Of a DNA stretch of 59,233 nucleotides, positions 16,131 to 25,025 are shown piece after piece. Under the pieces are notes generated by a model that had not been told where the DNA came from, made no database searches, and was given only the letters and a program-made list of their open reading frames with translations. The stretch is from an uncultured Candidatus Saccharibacteria bacterium (GTDB lineage: Bacteria; Patescibacteriota; Minisyncoccia; Phycocordibacterales; UBA918), in NCBI GenBank assembly GCA_964352875.1, contig CAYGTP010000001.1:31471-90703 (forward strand), given 5' to 3'. The translations under genes and the position numbers were made by a program. Position 1 is the stretch's first letter. Every line of letters starts with the position of its first letter.

Positions 16131-17402
16131 ATGCAAACATTTTTCCGCAAACTAAAGATTATCTTCACCGATGAGACAATTCGTAACCGAGTATTGTTCG
16201 TACTGGGGGCGATTGTTCTCTTCCGAATCTTGGCAGTAATCCCAATTCCAGGGGTAGATCAGTCAGTGTTGGAGCAATTCTTTGCCAATAACCAATTCCT
16301 CGGACTCCTCAACCTATTCTCAGGTGGGGGGCTCGCGAACCTCTCGATTGTGATGCTTGGAGTAGGGCCGTTTATTACGGCTTCTATCATCATGCAGTTA
16401 CTGACAGTCATGAGCCCACAACTCAAGAGTTTATACACCGAAGAAGGAGAAGCCGGCCGCGCCAAGTTTACGCAGTACAGTCGGTTACTCACATTACCAC
16501 TGGCTGTATTACAAGGCTTTGGATTTCTCACGCTACTACAGAGTCAAGGGGTAATCTCTGGTCTTTCGACCTTTGAATTTGTAACGAACGTTATTCTGGT
16601 AGTGGCAGGTTCAATCCTCTTGATGTGGATTGGTGAGTTGGTAACCGAATACGGAATTGGTAACGGTGTATCCATCATTATCTTTGCTGGTATCGTGGCC
16701 GGACTGCCGTCTACGCTTTCGCAGCTACTCTTTAGCTTTGATCCATCGCAACTACCGCTCTACATTGGCTTTGGAGTCATTGCACTCTTGGTAATTTTGG
16801 CAGTGGTTGTAATGACCGAGGCTGAACGACCAGTACCGATTACTTACGCCAAGCAGAGTCGTGGTGGCAAAACGTACGGTGGCTCAGCCTCATACCTCCC
16901 ACTTCGCCTCAACCAAGCTGGTGTTATCCCGATCATCTTTGCGATCTCAATCCTATTGTTCCCGCAGATGATTTTGAACATCCTCTCAGCCTTTGAATTC
17001 CCGTGGGTAGGTCCGGCTAATGAAGCTGTAACCACATTCCTTAATAATCAAATTTATTATGGTTTGGCTTACTTTGTCTTGGTCTTCCTCTTTACCTTCT
17101 TCTACACAGCGGTAACGTTTGACCCAGATGCCATTGCCAAGAACTTGCAACGATCAGGAGCATTTGTCCCGGGTCTGCGACCAGGCGCACAGACTTCAGA
17201 GTACCTTGGTAATCTGATTACACGTCTGACGCTCGTAGGCGCTATGTTCCTTGGCTTTGTGGCTGTCTTGCCAGTTGGAATGCAAGTCTTCACTGGAGTA
17301 TCTGCTCTAGCGATTGGTGGAACAGCACTCTTGATTATTGTGTCAGTTGTCCTTGATTTGATACGCCGACTCGATGCTCAAATATCTCTTCGCGAATATT
17401 AA
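16131..17402 (+). CDS. secY: preprotein translocase subunit SecY
   Basis: A 10-transmembrane SecY-like sequence (GVGPFITASIIMQLL) in the expected position after rplO. Confidence 0.95.
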   Translation: MQTFFRKLKIIFTDETIRNRVLFVLGAIVLFRILAVIPIPGVDQSVLEQFFANNQFLGLLNLFSGGGLANLSIVMLGVGPFITASIIMQLLTVMSPQLKSLYTEEGEAGRAKFTQYSRLLTLPLAVLQGFGFLTLLQSQGVISGLSTFEFVTNVILVVAGSILLMWIGELVTEYGIGNGVSIIIFAGIVAGLPSTLSQLLFSFDPSQLPLYIGFGVIALLVILAVVVMTEAERPVPITYAKQSRGGKTYGGSASYLPLRLNQAGVIPIIFAISILLFPQMILNILSAFEFPWVGPANEAVTTFLNNQIYYGLAYFVLVFLFTFFYTAVTFDPDAIAKNLQRSGAFVPGLRPGAQTSEYLGNLITRLTLVGAMFLGFVAVLPVGMQVFTGVSALAIGGTALLIIVSVVLDLIRRLDAQISLREY

Positions 17403-17445
17403 TCAAAGCCGCAAAATCACTCCGTCTACTTCGTTAGACTACGAA

Positions 17446-17490
17446 AAAAGACCCTTCACTGAACAATAAAGTTCACCTCGGGTCTTTTTT
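17446..17490 (+). terminator. terminator after secY
   Basis: aaaagaccc pairs with gggtctttt, followed by a T run. Confidence 0.6.
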
Positions 17491-17602
17491 CTTGTCCGTC
17501 TCGTATCCAAAGCAATTTTGTGGCTTTGAACATTTTGCTTACGCTCCTAGCAGCTAAAGCAATTTTTCTCCTCACTCAACTACTAGATAGATTCGAGTAA
17601 CA

Positions 17603-17644
17603 AAACACCAAACCCCGTGGCACAGCCACGGGGGTTTGGTGTTT
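17603..17644. terminator. long GC-rich hairpin
   Basis: aaacaccaaaccccgtgg, loop cacag, then ccacgggggtttggtgttt. Confidence 0.45.
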
Positions 17645-17648
17645 CGTG

Positions 17649-17684
17649 AATACCACAATTAATTTCGAAATTAATTGTGGTATT
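17649..17684. repeat. 36-nt perfect palindrome, copy 1 (identical core at 50232-50267)
   Basis: AATACCACAATTAATTTC|GAAATTAATTGTGGTATT lies between the convergent genes secY and cmk-like. Confidence 0.9.
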
Positions 17685-17688
17685 AAAA

Positions 17689-18315
17689 TTAGTAGTCGTT
17701 TTTAAGAGAGTATCCAAGTGGTACTTCACTATGGACTGGTTGCCAGGTGTCAGAATTCAACCAACGTTTGTAGTAATCAAAAACAGTTGAAGCGACAGTC
17801 AGCGGGCTGTGTTGTGAAGTGTCAATCACCAGGTCAAAGTTATTACTAGCGTACGGATCGACACCGTACATAGTTTTAAATCGCCCCCGCTCGTCTTCCA
17901 TTCGTTCTTTGACCTGTCTGGTGACATCAGCCATTGAAGTCCCGACTTCACCTTTTCGCTGGGCGTTGGCATCTATATCTTTGTAGATACGGACACTCGC
18001 TACATCCATATCCAAATCCAAATACACTTTAAAAGATTCTGGAATCCAGTAAAAGCCCAGTCGAGAATCGACCACAATGTCTTTTTTATCTCGCAGTGCT
18101 CTCAGCGCTTCATCAATTTCAGCGTCAATACTGTGGTCTTTTGCGGCAATCTTATTGTATTCTTCGAGAGTGAGTCCGCGTTTCTCGATAATTTTTCGAA
18201 CCATACTCCCGGATGAATAGCGAGTGTAGCTGAGCAGTTCGGCCACTTTGTCAGCGGTCGAAGACTTGCCGCTCCCGGGCTTGCCGGAAATCGTTATAAT
18301 GTGTTTTTTATTCAT
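17689..18315 (-). CDS. cytidylate kinase-like P-loop NMP kinase (208 aa)
   Basis: The P-loop ITISGKPGSGKSS is present. I chose the start at MNKKH (18315); the longer track ORF runs into the gmk region. Confidence 0.75.
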   Translation of the reverse strand: MNKKHIITISGKPGSGKSSTADKVAELLSYTRYSSGSMVRKIIEKRGLTLEEYNKIAAKDHSIDAEIDEALRALRDKKDIVVDSRLGFYWIPESFKVYLDLDMDVASVRIYKDIDANAQRKGEVGTSMADVTRQVKERMEDERGRFKTMYGVDPYASNNFDLVIDTSQHSPLTVASTVFDYYKRWLNSDTWQPVHSEVPLGYSLKNDY

Positions 18316-18385
18316 ACGGTGCTTGTAGCATAGCACGGCCCAAAAACATTGCAGAACGGCCAATAATTGGTACTCTTGGTGGATT

Positions 18386-18985
18386 ATGGAGAGTAATACA
18401 TATCCAGGGCATCTGATTTTGCTGGTCGCTGTACCAGGCGGGGGCAAAAGTACGTTATTAGCGTATCTGAAAGAAACGCGACATGACCTCTCGCACGCAG
18501 TCTCATGTACCTCGCGTCCAATGCGACCAGGTGAAGTAGAAGGAGAAAATTATTACTTTGTCACTGACGAAGAATTTAGACAACGGATTGCTAATGATGA
18601 ATTCCTTGAATGGATTCAGCAAGATGGCGGGCGCTACTATGGCACGTTGAAGTCAGAAATTACCGACAAGGTCAAAGCCGGACAGATTGTCATCCGCGAA
18701 GTCGAGATTCGTGGCGCCCAGATGATTAAAGATATGCTGCCACCGGAAAATTTAAGTATCGTTTTCATTACCGCCGGCAGTTGGGAGGCCATGGAAGAAC
18801 GAATCAAGAATCGAGCCCCAATTTCGGACGAGGAGCTGACGCACCGAAAAGAACGCTATGAGCGGGAAATCCTCTTTGCTGATAAAGCAGACTATGTGGT
18901 TGAGAACCGGAATGGTGAGTTTGATTCAGCCAAGCTGCAGCTGATGGATATCGTTGACACGATCATTAGTAAAACTAAACATTAA
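18386..18985 (+). CDS. gmk: guanylate kinase
   Basis: GGGKSTL is present, and SCTSRPMRPGEVEGENYYFV is typical of Gmk. Confidence 0.9.
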   Translation: MESNTYPGHLILLVAVPGGGKSTLLAYLKETRHDLSHAVSCTSRPMRPGEVEGENYYFVTDEEFRQRIANDEFLEWIQQDGGRYYGTLKSEITDKVKAGQIVIREVEIRGAQMIKDMLPPENLSIVFITAGSWEAMEERIKNRAPISDEELTHRKERYEREILFADKADYVVENRNGEFDSAKLQLMDIVDTIISKTKH

Positions 18986-18986
18986 T

Positions 18987-19565
18987 ATGCAACCACAGAC
19001 TATTTTATTTATTGGCCCCCAGGCGAGTGGGAAAGGAACGCAAGTGGAACGCTTGATGGCGAACCTTGGCGGATCTGTATTGCTAATTCAAACCGGGAAT
19101 ATCTTTCGTGCGCTGGCGGCAGAGGGCGGATATACTGCCGATCGGATTAAAGAAACAATTAACGCCGGCAACCTGGTTCCGGAGTTCATTACTAACGCAT
19201 TGGTAGTCGGTGAATTTAAAGATAAGCTCGCTACCGACAGTACCATTATCCTCGATGGGTACCCGCGTAACCTGGCGCAAGTGAATCTACTGGAAGAACT
19301 CCTTACGTTCTACGGCCGACCAGAATTGTCTGTAGTGTTTCTTGATACACCTGATGCGGTGATTCGGGAGCGCATGCTCGGGCGCGGCCGGGCTGACGAT
19401 ACTACTGACGCCATTGATGAAAGACTCCGACTCTATCATAAGCAAACCAAGCCGCTCTTGGATTATTTTAATAATCGGGAGAACACCAATTTTGTCACTA
19501 TCAATGGTGATCAAACTATGGACGAAGTCGCTACTGCTATTGCCGCGGGACTTAAGCTCACGTAA
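18987..19565 (+). CDS. adk: adenylate kinase
   Basis: IGPQASGKGTQ...DGYPRN are present. The ATG at 18987 lies just after the gmk stop. Confidence 0.9.
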   Translation: MQPQTILFIGPQASGKGTQVERLMANLGGSVLLIQTGNIFRALAAEGGYTADRIKETINAGNLVPEFITNALVVGEFKDKLATDSTIILDGYPRNLAQVNLLEELLTFYGRPELSVVFLDTPDAVIRERMLGRGRADDTTDAIDERLRLYHKQTKPLLDYFNNRENTNFVTINGDQTMDEVATAIAAGLKLT

Positions 19566-19566
19566 C

Positions 19567-20340
19567 ATGGCGATTACTCTCAAAACTCCTGAAGATATCA
19601 AAAAGCTCCGCAAAGCGGGAAAGATTTTGGCGAGCATACTTGATGAACTGGAAAAAGAAGCAGTGGTTGGTAACACCTCACTAGATATTGATGATCGAGC
19701 AATGGAGTTGGTAGAAGAATATGGAGTAGAGCCGATGATTCTTGGGTACCACGCACACTTTGCTCCCAGACCCTTTCCGGCCGCGACATGTGTATCAGTG
19801 AATGATGTACTGGTCCACGGAATTCCAACTGAAGACCCGGTCAACTTTGAGTCAGGCGATGTTGTAAGTATTGACCTCGTGATTGGGTACGAAGGATTGG
19901 TAGTAGATTCGGCCCGAACGGTTGGGGTCGGCACGCTTGCGCCAGAAGCGCAGCAGTTGCTCGATGTGACCAAAGCCGCGCTCAAGGCTGGAATCGCGGC
20001 TGCGCAGCCAGGCGCTAAAGTAAAAGCGATCGGCGCCGCCATCGAAGCTGTGGTCCCGGAAGGATTTGGAATCGTCGAAGCACTCTGCGGGCACGGGGTC
20101 GGGTATGATATTCACGAAGAACCAACGGTACCTAACTTTGTCATGAAAGGCGAGTCACCAACCTTAGAATCAGGTATGGTAATCGCGATTGAACCAATGA
20201 TCACAACCGGTAAAAAAGACGTGATCTTTGATGAGTACGACGGTTATACGGTCTACACCGCCGACGGCAGCCTCGGTGCTCACATGGAGCATACGATTTT
20301 GATAACCGACAAAGGCCCAGAAATCCTCACCATTAAATAA
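19567..20340 (+). CDS. map: methionine aminopeptidase type I
   Basis: MAITLKTPEDIKKLRKAG...CGHGVG...HMEHTI. The ATG lies 1 nt after the adk stop. Confidence 0.95.
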   Translation: MAITLKTPEDIKKLRKAGKILASILDELEKEAVVGNTSLDIDDRAMELVEEYGVEPMILGYHAHFAPRPFPAATCVSVNDVLVHGIPTEDPVNFESGDVVSIDLVIGYEGLVVDSARTVGVGTLAPEAQQLLDVTKAALKAGIAAAQPGAKVKAIGAAIEAVVPEGFGIVEALCGHGVGYDIHEEPTVPNFVMKGESPTLESGMVIAIEPMITTGKKDVIFDEYDGYTVYTADGSLGAHMEHTILITDKGPEILTIK

Positions 20341-20419
20341 CGGCAATAAAATATTGATCCCGCCTTACTTTCTCGTCGTGTAAGATCGACCAAGATAGAA
20401 CCAGAAAGTAAGGGTGGGA

Positions 20420-20447
20420 TTGACTATTAAGTAGCCTACGTTATACT
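20420..20447 (+). promoter_or_regulatory. sigma70-like promoter upstream of ndk
   Basis: TTGACT, a 16-nt spacer, then TATACT. Confidence 0.45.
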
Positions 20448-20484
20448 GCGCCGGTAAATTAAGCCATATTTTAAAACGATTATT

Positions 20485-21084
20485 ATGTCACAACGAGAAC
20501 TACACCAAGAGCGCTCCCTGGTCCTACTGAAAACGGATGCAGTACAACGCAGCTTAGTTGGGGAAATTATCAAGCGCTTTGAGCAGACTGGTCTCAAAAT
20601 CACGGCCATGAAATTGACGATGCCGACTGAAGAGCAGCTGCTGAAGCACTACAACAAAGACAACGAATGGTACGAGCGAAAAGGTAAGCGAATTATTGAA
20701 GATTTGGAATCCCAAGGTCGGACGATTGAAAAAGAACCAATCGAATATGGTAAAGATATTATTCGTACGATTGTTCGCTATATGACTGAGTCACCAGTAG
20801 TCGCACTAGTGCTTGAAGGTAACGGAGCGATCGGAGTAGTGACAAAAATTGTTGGTACCACTGAACCAACTACAGCAGACATCGGAACTATCCGTGGGGA
20901 CTTCACAATTGATTCTTACTCACACTCAACGCTGGAAAATCGAGCGGTTAAGAACTTAATTCACTGTTCAGAGTCAGCAGAAGAAGCCGAACGCGAGTTA
21001 ACTTTGTGGTTTGGTGCAGACGATGTACACGACTACGTAACCGCCCAGGAACGGATTATGTACGAAGCAGTGAAAGATCGGTAG
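20485..21084 (+). CDS. ndk: nucleoside diphosphate kinase with an internal insertion
   Basis: LVLLKTDAVQR, GTIRGDF and an active-site-like HCSES are present. Confidence 0.85.
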   Translation: MSQRELHQERSLVLLKTDAVQRSLVGEIIKRFEQTGLKITAMKLTMPTEEQLLKHYNKDNEWYERKGKRIIEDLESQGRTIEKEPIEYGKDIIRTIVRYMTESPVVALVLEGNGAIGVVTKIVGTTEPTTADIGTIRGDFTIDSYSHSTLENRAVKNLIHCSESAEEAERELTLWFGADDVHDYVTAQERIMYEAVKDR

Positions 21085-21100
21085 TGAGATGATGGGAAGG

Positions 21101-21152
21101 TATACAAATGGCCGCGCGTAGCGCGGCCATTTGTATATGATATAATTTTTTT
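21101..21152 (+). terminator. intrinsic terminator after ndk
   Basis: tatacaaatggccgcgc pairs with gcgcggccatttgtata as a 17-bp stem, and a T run follows. Confidence 0.75.
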
Positions 21153-21330
21153 GGAACCGCATCACGTATGTTCCGCTTAAACATTTATGCAGGGCTGCCT
21201 GTAGTCGCGATTGATCGCTGAAGATTCGACGGAGTCATCAAACATCATCGGAAAGGGTGCCCACCTGGATTTCGCCAGGAGCATGCGTCTGTGGTTCCAT
21301 ACAAACATACCCCCTTGTGGGGTATTTTTG
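21153..21330 (+). ncRNA. candidate small structured RNA or leader (unclassified)
   Basis: A closing stem pairs ggaaccgca (21153-61) with tgtggttcc (21290-98). Internal hairpins include gcgat/atcgc and cctgg/ccagg. A terminator follows at 21307-21330 (atacccc/ggggtat plus a T run). Confidence 0.3.
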
Positions 21331-21356
21331 GTGATAAATGCTAGTATAGAAGCATT

Positions 21357-21743
21357 ATGAAACCAATCACTGCGTTGTTTCTCGCCAGCTTTGTGCTGCT
21401 AGCAGTGTTGCATTGGTTGGCGCTTGAATTATTGCTGTACTGGCGTTTCTGGTGGGCTGATATTATTACTCATGTGCTCGGTGGGGCAGTGGCAATCATG
21501 GGTCTCTATTCCCTCAAAGATATGAAGCTCTGGCCCCACGCCATCCCACTGACGCTTTTATCGTGCTTTGGTTTGATTGTATTGATTGCAGTGTCCTGGG
21601 AGGTATTTTGGAAATCGATGGAGCTATTTGGCTATAGCTTCAACAAAGATGACTATGTGGCTGATACGACCCTTGATATACTCGTAGGAATGGTTGGTGG
21701 ATACATCGGCTATGTAATTGCCAGCAAACTAACGCGAGAGTAA
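21357..21743 (+). CDS. small membrane protein (128 aa, about 4 transmembrane spans)
   Basis: Hydrophobic ORF immediately upstream of the RNase gene. Confidence 0.7.
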   Translation: MKPITALFLASFVLLAVLHWLALELLLYWRFWWADIITHVLGGAVAIMGLYSLKDMKLWPHAIPLTLLSCFGLIVLIAVSWEVFWKSMELFGYSFNKDDYVADTTLDILVGMVGGYIGYVIASKLTRE

Positions 21744-21745
21744 TC

Positions 21746-23104
21746 ATGAGCACAATTGGATTTTATGGTGGAGTGGGGAGCGTGACGGGAGCAAACTTTA
21801 TGCTCGATACGGGTGGGGCCGCGTTCCTGGTAGATTGTGGGTTATTGCAAGGTGATAAATTTGCGCAACAAACCAACAGCGAAGACTTTGTCTATAACCC
21901 GGCTGACGTCGATGCACTACTCGTAACGCACGCGCACGCCGACCACATTGGCCGTATTCCCAAGCTCGTACGGGATGGTTTTCGGGGCACTATTTATTCA
22001 ACTACAGCGACTAGGGACCTGTCGCGGGTGATGTTTAGTGATGCGTTAGGTATCATGCAGCAAGAAGCCAAGCGCTACGACACCGAACCGCTCTATGACG
22101 AAACCAATGTCGATGTAGCCCTCGCGCTCTGGCAAGGAGTAGATTACGGCGAGACTATTACGTTACCTGATAACGTCAATGTAGTATTTAAAAACGTCGG
22201 ACATATTTTAGGCTCAGCTTTAGTTGAATTTACCAGAAACGGTAAGAAAGTGGTGTTTACCGGCGATATTGGTAATGTGCCTCAGGTGCTCATGGCTGAA
22301 CCAGATGTGCCGAGCGGCTATGATTATTTAGTAATGGAAAGCGTGTACGGAGACCGCGTGCACGAAGAAGTGGCTGAGCGAACAGAACTCTTAAAATCTT
22401 TCATTCTCGATACTATCAAGAAACAAGGGACGCTAATCATCCCGGCCTTTTCTCTCGAACGAACGCAGGGGATGTTGTTTGAAATTAATAATCTTATTGA
22501 ATTAGGTGACGTACCAAGTATCAAAACGTATCTTGATTCACCGCTGGCGATTAGGGTGACTGATATTTACGCGCATTACACCGAGTATCTAAAACCTGAA
22601 ATTCAAGCCCAAATCAAGGCTGGCGACGACATTTTTTCTTTCGAAGGCCTCTCATTTACCGAAACTATCCAAGAATCAAAGCAAATTGCTAAGTTTGGCG
22701 GACCAAAAATTATCATTGCGGGCTCGGGAATGAGTCATGGTGGACGGATTCGCGAACACGAACGCCAGTTTTTGGGCGATCCCAAAACCACATTGCTACT
22801 CGTGGGGTATCAGACAGTAGGGAGTGTCGGACGGCTACTCCAAGACGGCGCCCGCAACGTTGACATTGATGGCACTAAAGTGCGAGTAAAAGCAAAGGTT
22901 GAAACCATTCGCGGATATTCAGGCCACGCTGACCGCAATCAACTGATTGATTTTGTGTATCGGGGTGGGGAAGGAGTAAAACAAATTTTTGTTACTATGG
23001 GAGAAGAACGAGCGTCGCTCTTCCTCGTCCAACGTCTGCGCGATTACTTGGGTGCAAATGCGATTGCACCGAGTGAGAACGATGAGATAGAAATTAAATT
23101 TTAG
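21746..23104 (+). CDS. MBL-fold beta-CASP family hydrolase (RNase J/CPSF-like)
   Basis: The HAHADHIG motif is present and the length and layout fit beta-CASP proteins. Confidence 0.85.
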   Translation: MSTIGFYGGVGSVTGANFMLDTGGAAFLVDCGLLQGDKFAQQTNSEDFVYNPADVDALLVTHAHADHIGRIPKLVRDGFRGTIYSTTATRDLSRVMFSDALGIMQQEAKRYDTEPLYDETNVDVALALWQGVDYGETITLPDNVNVVFKNVGHILGSALVEFTRNGKKVVFTGDIGNVPQVLMAEPDVPSGYDYLVMESVYGDRVHEEVAERTELLKSFILDTIKKQGTLIIPAFSLERTQGMLFEINNLIELGDVPSIKTYLDSPLAIRVTDIYAHYTEYLKPEIQAQIKAGDDIFSFEGLSFTETIQESKQIAKFGGPKIIIAGSGMSHGGRIREHERQFLGDPKTTLLLVGYQTVGSVGRLLQDGARNVDIDGTKVRVKAKVETIRGYSGHADRNQLIDFVYRGGEGVKQIFVTMGEERASLFLVQRLRDYLGANAIAPSENDEIEIKF

Positions 23105-23109
23105 TTTAT

Positions 23110-24105
23110 ATGGATATAGAAACCTCGTCTTTTGCTGAATTGGAGTCGCGTATTAATGGTGCAGGTTTGTATAAAAAGCGGTATGGTTCTTACGCAGTGT
23201 ATGCGGGGCTTGTCTTGGCTGGGTTAGCAGTAAGCTTATATCTAGTTACGGTAACTGACAATGTGTGGTTACAAGTAGCAAATGCGTTATTTTTCGCATT
23301 TATGTCTGTGCAGGCAGGGATGCTTGGTCATGATTTTTCTCACCAGCAGGTGTTTCGATCCTCTGGTATTAATAGGTTTTTTGCAGTAGTTTGCTGGTCT
23401 GTAATTGGCGGTATTGGAGAGGAGTGGTGGTTTAGGAAACATAATGCTCACCACAAACACGTAAATCATGTTGATCTTGATCCTGATTTAGAGATTCCTT
23501 TTTTATTTGGAGAGGAGCAACAAAGTTCTAAGCCAGCCTGGATAAAAAAATACCTACTACCGTATCAGCACGTACTGTTCTTTTTTATTTTACCATTAGT
23601 GTACCCCAACTTTATTTTTCGTTCATTACTCATTGCGTTTCAAAATATTTCACTGAAAGTGTTGGTTGAGATTTTTCTGGTAATCGGCCATTTTGTTTTA
23701 TTGTTTGGTTTCGTGATGTATCACCTCCCTTGGTTTGTTGGAGTAATATTTTTCTCAGTTGCATTTTTAGCTGCTGGATTGTACATGTCCTTGGTTTTTG
23801 CTCCAAACCATAAAGGTATGGACATCAAGAGTGCTCATGAGGAAACCGTGTGGACTGATCAAATTACACTCACTAGAAATTTATACCCCAGTTTTTGGCA
23901 ATTTCATTTTTTTGGGGGGCTTAATTATCAAATTGAACATCATTTGTTTCCCAGCATGGCTCGTTACAATTATCCTCGTGCTCACAAGATTATCAAAGCG
24001 TTTTGTGTCGAACATAATATCTCATACTATGAAACAAGTTGGTGGCAATCACAAAAAGAAATTTACTTAGCACTAAAGAAAATGGCTCAGCATTATGTTG
24101 ATTAA
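23110..24105 (+). CDS. membrane fatty acid desaturase family protein
   Basis: Three histidine boxes are present: HDFSHQQ, HNAHHKH and QIEHHLFP. Confidence 0.85.
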   Translation: MDIETSSFAELESRINGAGLYKKRYGSYAVYAGLVLAGLAVSLYLVTVTDNVWLQVANALFFAFMSVQAGMLGHDFSHQQVFRSSGINRFFAVVCWSVIGGIGEEWWFRKHNAHHKHVNHVDLDPDLEIPFLFGEEQQSSKPAWIKKYLLPYQHVLFFFILPLVYPNFIFRSLLIAFQNISLKVLVEIFLVIGHFVLLFGFVMYHLPWFVGVIFFSVAFLAAGLYMSLVFAPNHKGMDIKSAHEETVWTDQITLTRNLYPSFWQFHFFGGLNYQIEHHLFPSMARYNYPRAHKIIKAFCVEHNISYYETSWWQSQKEIYLALKKMAQHYVD

Positions 24106-24142
24106 GACAAAAAGCCCGCGGCTACGCCGCGGGCTTTTTGTC
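24106..24142. terminator. bidirectional intrinsic terminator
   Basis: gacaaaaagcccgcgg pairs with ccgcgggctttttgtc. Confidence 0.8.
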
Positions 24143-24194
24143 TTGAAGATACTATTTAGCTTTCTCTACAACTCGAGCAAATACGTCCGGTCGG

Positions 24195-24323
24195 TCCAAA
24201 CTTTCAAGGTCCGACCTTGTAAGTTTGGTATAAAACAAAAGGCGACCTTTCTTCTATACAAGGTCCGACCTTGTATGGGTGTGTTACCATTTCACGTATT
24301 CTATACAAGGTCCGACCTTGTAT
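24195..24323 (+). repeat. REP cluster upstream of the RAYT gene (3 copies, central base C)
   Basis: CAAGGTCCGACCTTG occurs at 24205-19, 24256-76 and 24303-23. The last two copies lie inside a 47-bp tandem duplication (24254-24299 and 24301-24346). Confidence 0.9.
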
Positions 24324-24344
24324 GGGTGTGTTACCATTTCACGT

Positions 24345-25013
24345 ATGGGAAGAAGTATCGTTTTCGTCAGTGGTGAGTTTTATCACGTTTATAATCGAGG
24401 GACAGACAAGCGTGATGTATTTCTTGATGAGTCAGATTACAATCGCTTCATCACACTTCTTTATGTTGCTAATGGCACTGTACCGGTCGACCTAAAATTA
24501 CAAGGTCGGACCTTGTATGATGTGCGTAATATTGCTAGGGGAAATGAACTAGTAAATATTTGCGGTTATGCTTTAATGCCAAACCATTATCACCTCTTGC
24601 TGCAGGCAAATGTTGATGCTGGCGTTAGTGATTTTATGCGTAAGCTTGGTACGGCATATACTATGTATTTTAATACAAAGAACGAGCGAAGTGGAAATTT
24701 GTTTCAGGGAAAATTTAAAGCGACACATGTTAACGACGATCAATATTTACAATACTTGCTATCCTACATCCACCTAAATCCGGTCGCTCTTATAGAACCA
24801 AATTGGAAAGAAACGGGTATAAAAAATCGACAGCAAGCTAATCAGTTTTTATCTCAGTACAAGTATTCAAGCTACCCCGATTATTTAGAAATTAACAGAA
24901 TCGAAAGTATAGTTTTGAATCAAGGCGCGTTGCCAACAAATTTATCCGACGCAACTGATTTTAAAAGCGCAGTTGAATTCTGGTTGCAAGATTTACAAGG
25001 TCGGACCTTGTAA
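24345..25013 (+). mobile_element. REP-associated tyrosine transposase (RAYT, IS200/IS605-like Y1 HUH enzyme)
   Basis: The HUH motif LMPNHYHLLL and the catalytic-Tyr motif YIHLNPV are present. The gene is flanked by inverted REPs. One REP lies inside the CDS (24499-24517) and one overlaps the stop codon (24993-25013). Confidence 0.85.
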
Positions 25014-25025
25014 TAAGTTTTTATT

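Noticed and set aside
19287-20042. A 251-aa ORF antisense to adk and map. Similar long antisense ORFs lie at 30696-31436 (xfp), 49350-50036 (pspC gene) and 52830-53771 (pyrC-like gene).
   Set aside because: In each case the opposite strand encodes a confidently recognised conserved protein, and the antisense translations are compositionally odd (Ser/Pro/Arg-rich) with no motifs.
20341-20419. A long imperfect hairpin after map (tcccgccttactttct / agaaagtaagggtggga), considered as a possible RNA gene.
   Set aside because: It is most simply a terminator or insulator between map and the ndk promoter. It has a large unstructured loop and no other conserved feature, and there is no second copy for comparison.
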